In this document: piece by piece, positions 60,396-64,000 of the stretch
Layout: every line of letters begins with the position of its first letter
Position numbering within the stretch: position 1 is the stretch's first letter
Assembly: GCA_976226885.1 (NCBI GenBank)
Contig: OZ320323.1
Coordinates: forward strand, 34,410,001 to 34,474,000
Length of the DNA: 64,000 nucleotides
Source of the DNA: Iphione sp. A-MEVVRFRX5
Lineage: Eukaryota
Direction of reading: 5' to 3'
Notes under the pieces: model-generated
The model's input: the letters and a program-made list of their open reading frames with translations, nothing else
Database searches by the model: none
What the model was told of the DNA's origin: nothing
Position numbers and translations under genes: made by a program

Positions 60396-61712
60396 GTGGG
60401 AGGTAAGGGATTTCAGTACATTTCAGTAGGTTCAACCACCCCTTTGGCTTCAGTGGAAAGTACATGTGTACCCCTTCTATCTGATGCGGGCTGTCAAACT
60501 GATGGGATATCCTGCAGCAAACTTAGCATGAGGGCGGAGTCGACTAATGGGATGATCGACTCGTTGCGATCGAAAACGGAGGACCTAAGTAGCGAGCTAG
60601 CTGCCCTGAAGGCCAAGACGATAGTTGATCTTGCAAAACTGCGTGATGAAATGAACAGCGTGAACAATGATGTTTCACCTAACAAGCCTGCCACGGGTCA
60701 TGATTCATGCGTTGGTGTGGAGAGGCTACGAGCAATGGATGCACGTATCGCCAGCATCGAAGTGAAGTGCACCAGAGTTGATGAGGACTTGTCACGCAAA
60801 GAAATCGCAGATAAGTCACACCGGGTGATCCTCGAAGGCGTAGGTAAACAGGACGGGAAGGAACCGAAGAGGTTTGTTCAGAAATTCATCTGGGATGTTG
60901 CAGGCCTACGACGCGACAGTGTGGTTGAGGTGGGTGTGTCAAGCGACAGGGGCGACAAATTGAGACTATTTGTCACTCTAATTAATCAAACAGCTAGAAA
61001 TACCTTACTGAAAAATCGCTCCAAACTTGCGGGAATGAGTAAGTACAGTTCAATCTTCATACGCGAGGATATCCCACGCCGAGCATGGGACCAACATCGA
61101 AAACAAGCTCGCATTGCGGCGTTGGCGAAAAAAATGGGGAGACGCGCGACTGTAAGGGGGATTGATGTTGTTGTGGACGGAACCACTTATGGTCCCTCTG
61201 AGGATGATTTTCTTCCTGATGACATTAATCCCGGCATGAATTCTACTTTTGAGAATGACAGCCTGTATGTCTTCTCAAATGACACACCAGTGCTGTCGCC
61301 GATGGAATATGCGCCTATGGCTTTCGATGGTGTTATCTACGATAATGTGGAAATGGCGTTCCAGTGTCGGAAATCGCGCGACTGCGAGGAGAGCGAGAAG
61401 GTGAAGGTCATCGAGCGGAGCAGAAGCGGGTACGAAGCTAGGAACGCAGGCAGAAAGATTGATTGCACTAAAGAATGGGAGCAGAATATAGAGGTAATCA
61501 TGGAAGCACTGTATAAGGCAAAGTTCTTGAACACTCCGGAGAGCATTAGTATGCTATTGAACACTGGTAGCCGAACTTTGGTATATGCGGACTTGGATCA
61601 AAACCTGGGTGCCAGTTTGTCACTAGATGCTGACTGGTCCAATCCGGTTAGCATGGAAGGTGCCAATGCCGTAGGAAAGGCGCTGATGCGCATAAGAGAT
61701 AGTTATGCATAA
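60396..61712 (+). CDS. L1-ORF1p-like protein (coiled coil - RRM - CTD) fused to a C-terminal NADAR/YbiA-like domain; first in-frame ATG at 60528 (394 aa)
   Basis: The ORF is uninterrupted. Heptad-rich N-terminus; HRVILEGV, LFVTL...LLKNRSKL...IFIREDI (RRM of ORF1p/transposase-22 type); VVVDGTTY (CTD). NADAR-like: VLSPMEYAPMAFDGVIYDNVEMAFQCRK...EARNAGRKI...W...MEALYKAKF...LLNTGSRTLVYA...GANAVGKALMRIR. Confidence 0.82.
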   Translation: MGGKGFQYISVGSTTPLASVESTCVPLLSDAGCQTDGISCSKLSMRAESTNGMIDSLRSKTEDLSSELAALKAKTIVDLAKLRDEMNSVNNDVSPNKPATGHDSCVGVERLRAMDARIASIEVKCTRVDEDLSRKEIADKSHRVILEGVGKQDGKEPKRFVQKFIWDVAGLRRDSVVEVGVSSDRGDKLRLFVTLINQTARNTLLKNRSKLAGMSKYSSIFIREDIPRRAWDQHRKQARIAALAKKMGRRATVRGIDVVVDGTTYGPSEDDFLPDDINPGMNSTFENDSLYVFSNDTPVLSPMEYAPMAFDGVIYDNVEMAFQCRKSRDCEESEKVKVIERSRSGYEARNAGRKIDCTKEWEQNIEVIMEALYKAKFLNTPESISMLLNTGSRTLVYADLDQNLGASLSLDADWSNPVSMEGANAVGKALMRIRDSYA

Positions 61713-62168
61713 TTTTGGTGGGCAGTCTTTCCAGGGATATCGTGCACTGTGTTGTTGAATGTTTATTTATATAGTGTCCTTTGATATATTACTGAGGTTA
61801 TAAGTGATGATGCAATATATCATACATGAATTAACCCTTTTTGCCCTGGTCTGCAGCTTAACGGATGATTCCTATCTTCGTGACCAACTTGCGATTACAA
61901 CTGCCGATTGCTTGTGTACTGTTAATGTTAACTCATATACACATTTACATACTATGAGGGGAGAAGATGTTACTTTACGGTATCCACATACACACCATCT
62001 TATATGTTACATATGTTGTGGTGGGTCATTGATAGCTGGCCAACGTCATTTAAATGTTTAGCCGCCCTATTGGACACTTCATTTATCTACCGGAGTGAGT
62101 TCATGCGATGGTACCGTGTCTGTGATGATCCGGTCCGTGGGTGTGGTGTTCTTTAGGTGCAGTCTCGT

Positions 62169-62215
62169 ACTAGGTGTGTTTTGACTGCATTTAACTAGGT
62201 GTGTTTTGACTGCAT
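62169..62215 (+). repeat. Perfect 22-bp direct repeat ACTAGGTGTGTTTTGACTGCAT, period 25 bp
   Basis: Copies at 62169-62190 and 62194-62215. Confidence 0.95.
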
Positions 62216-62423
62216 CTAATTTCCTATACTAAATTACTTGCGTGATCTGTTTATCATACATCCCCGCATTTTAATCTTTTCCCTGTGTGTCACACTCAGA
62301 TTCAGTACTGGTTCTAGCTACACTTTATCACCCCTGTCGTGTTTGGATTATATGATGTCTTATCAATCATGACTGATACAACTCCAACTAAAAAGTACTC
62401 AACAACCTGCTGAATGGTTTTAT

Positions 62424-63275
62424 GTGATGTCAGGAGAGTATGTACTGAGATTAAGTGAGTGCGTGCTAGTAGCTGTCAGGTTGGGTGTGTGGTTGATTAA
62501 CTTGGTGGTATCGCGATTTATGGTCTTATACTTAGTTACACTGGTTTTTTGGTCTCTCCTTTCATCTGCAGAGTGGTCGATGGTTTCGGGGGAAGGACAT
62601 AACGGAAATGTCACCCGGCTAAGAGTGCTACTTGTGGTGGACAACAGAGTTGTGGACGCTGTGAAAGGCCTCTCGTATGATGACCTAGATGACACCTCGG
62701 TGCATATACTGCATGTCGCAAAGGGGTCATACAAGAGGGCATGGAAGCGGCGTCTTTACATCGACTTGACAGGCTATGACTTGGTGCTCTTGGCGTTCGG
62801 GCACAATGAAATCCTCAAATTCGAAACGGGCCAGTGGAGTGCCAGGTTCAGATCGCCTAGCACGTACCTCTGCGCGCTTAGATCGTATGTGCAACGCTTG
62901 GTAAGGTGGGCGCGCGGACCGGTGGGTACGGGCCCATTGGTTCTGTGTTGCCCAATTGCTGGCATTGATTTGGAACGCGCTGAGCCTGACATTGTGGATC
63001 CGGAAGAGTCTCTAATTGTCAATGCGCTCGTCTCAACACATAACATGTACTGCGACATGTTAGCAATTCCTTTGGGTCTGCAGCCTCCTCGTCTCGACTT
63101 GCCAGTTAATGACTATGTCAATAACACTGTCGTTGTACGCAAGGAGCTGATTAAGGACTGCGGTATACATGTAATTCCGGAGGTCTCTGCTATATGGTCG
63201 AAAGCCATTGGTGACTTCCTCAAGTCGGTTCCACTTTACGTCAGTGCCAGAAGGCACCTTGCTGCTAGAGACTAG
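62424..63275 (+). CDS. Stand-alone SGNH/GDSL-esterase-like ORF; probable true start ATG 62580 (231 aa)
   Basis: The ORF is uninterrupted. Block I-like RVLLVVDNRV (no Ser), block III VLLAFGHNEI (GxND-like), LCCPI, block V DCGIHV...SAIWS. It is a paralog of ORF 2-295. Confidence 0.7.
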   Translation: MMSGEYVLRLSECVLVAVRLGVWLINLVVSRFMVLYLVTLVFWSLLSSAEWSMVSGEGHNGNVTRLRVLLVVDNRVVDAVKGLSYDDLDDTSVHILHVAKGSYKRAWKRRLYIDLTGYDLVLLAFGHNEILKFETGQWSARFRSPSTYLCALRSYVQRLVRWARGPVGTGPLVLCCPIAGIDLERAEPDIVDPEESLIVNALVSTHNMYCDMLAIPLGLQPPRLDLPVNDYVNNTVVVRKELIKDCGIHVIPEVSAIWSKAIGDFLKSVPLYVSARRHLAARD

Positions 63276-64000
63276 GATGACTGCTGGTTCTCATTGAGGA
63301 TCACTGGGATTACTAGGTGGTCTGCTATTGACAAGGAATACATGTGGCTACTGGTGATGTGAGGGCTGACTAAGTTACAAAGTTCTTTTTTTTTTTCCTT
63401 AAAATCTAGTTTTTACTCGATGTCTCCATATCATCCTGGCCGTTAAACTGATTATGCATCTGCGTTAAATAAGCTGAGTCAACGCACTGATGGCGGGGGC
63501 GCAGCATGAAAGATCTGCACACGCTGGACTGTTGTTCATCCCTACACCTAAGCTATTTGACTTTGCACTTCGTAATATTTGGGCACCGATATGTGCCGCT
63601 TACATTGCATACAAATTTGAGGTTGTGAGGAACTGGGTTATCTTAGGTGCCTAACAACGGTAATTACCGTGGGATCTGAGGCATTCGCTGGGAGCTTCAG
63701 TCCCGATCCGCGACCAACCTCGGACACTTGACTGTTCAATCTCCTCCAAACCACTGTCAAGTTCTTCTATCACTCATTTATTGGGGTAATGAGCATCCCA
63801 CTTATCATGATAATGACCTACTAAGACTTTATCTTGATATCAGAAGGTCAACTACCACTGTGATCTTATCTGTTTCTTGAATAAACGTTCTCAGTTTTAT
63901 AGTATTCTTTCTTCTGTATTACTGCCTACCCTTAAAATGGCTTGATGTTACAGTGCTGGGACTATCATCTTTTTCATCATTATTATTATCATCTTTTTCA

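Noticed and set aside
60396-61712. Bacterial or phage contamination, or a DarT-NADAR toxin-antitoxin locus
   Set aside because: There is no DarT-like partner. The NADAR is fused to a LINE ORF1p-like module and embedded in continuous eukaryotic repeat DNA.
62424-62571. Hydrophobic N-terminus of the SGNH ORF as a signal peptide or TM segment
   Set aside because: It coincides with a T-rich polypyrimidine tract and acceptor, so the hydrophobic codons may be incidental. ATG 62580 is the more likely start. It cannot be fully excluded without transcript data.

Overview
This is AT-rich, repeat-dense eukaryotic genomic DNA that looks like an invertebrate animal: it has GT-AG introns and microsatellites, and no operons, rRNA or CRISPR arrays. 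Two host genes can be rebuilt by hand from splice signals, and they sit head-to-head. On the minus strand is a 2-exon SAM-dependent methyltransferase with an N-terminal membrane anchor (join 15901-16053, 17260-17982; 291 aa). On the plus strand is a 3-exon MFSD4/FucP-like MFS transporter (join 21168-21392, 40273-40558, 40819-41957; 549 aa), whose 18.9-kb first intron is full of transposons. The other recognisable content is mostly mobile DNA: a nearly intact CR1/L2-group LINE ORF2, a decayed Penelope-like element, a DIRS/Ngaro-type remnant, an Academ-like element with ~830-bp TIRs enclosing a rearranged Gypsy fragment, two tandem intron-containing Cryptons, MITEs, tRNA-derived SINE heads and LINE fragments. 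The strongest novelty candidate spans both window ends. At 60.4-63.3 kb, an L1-ORF1p-like protein (coiled coil-RRM-CTD) is fused to a NADAR/YbiA domain and followed by a separate SGNH-esterase-like ORF. At 1-4.4 kb, a clear paralog of that SGNH ORF precedes an APE-RT ORF2. Together they suggest a three-ORF LINE (ORF1p-NADAR / SGNH / APE-RT), but no single copy is seen complete in the window. All family calls come from motif recognition by eye; no database searches were run.
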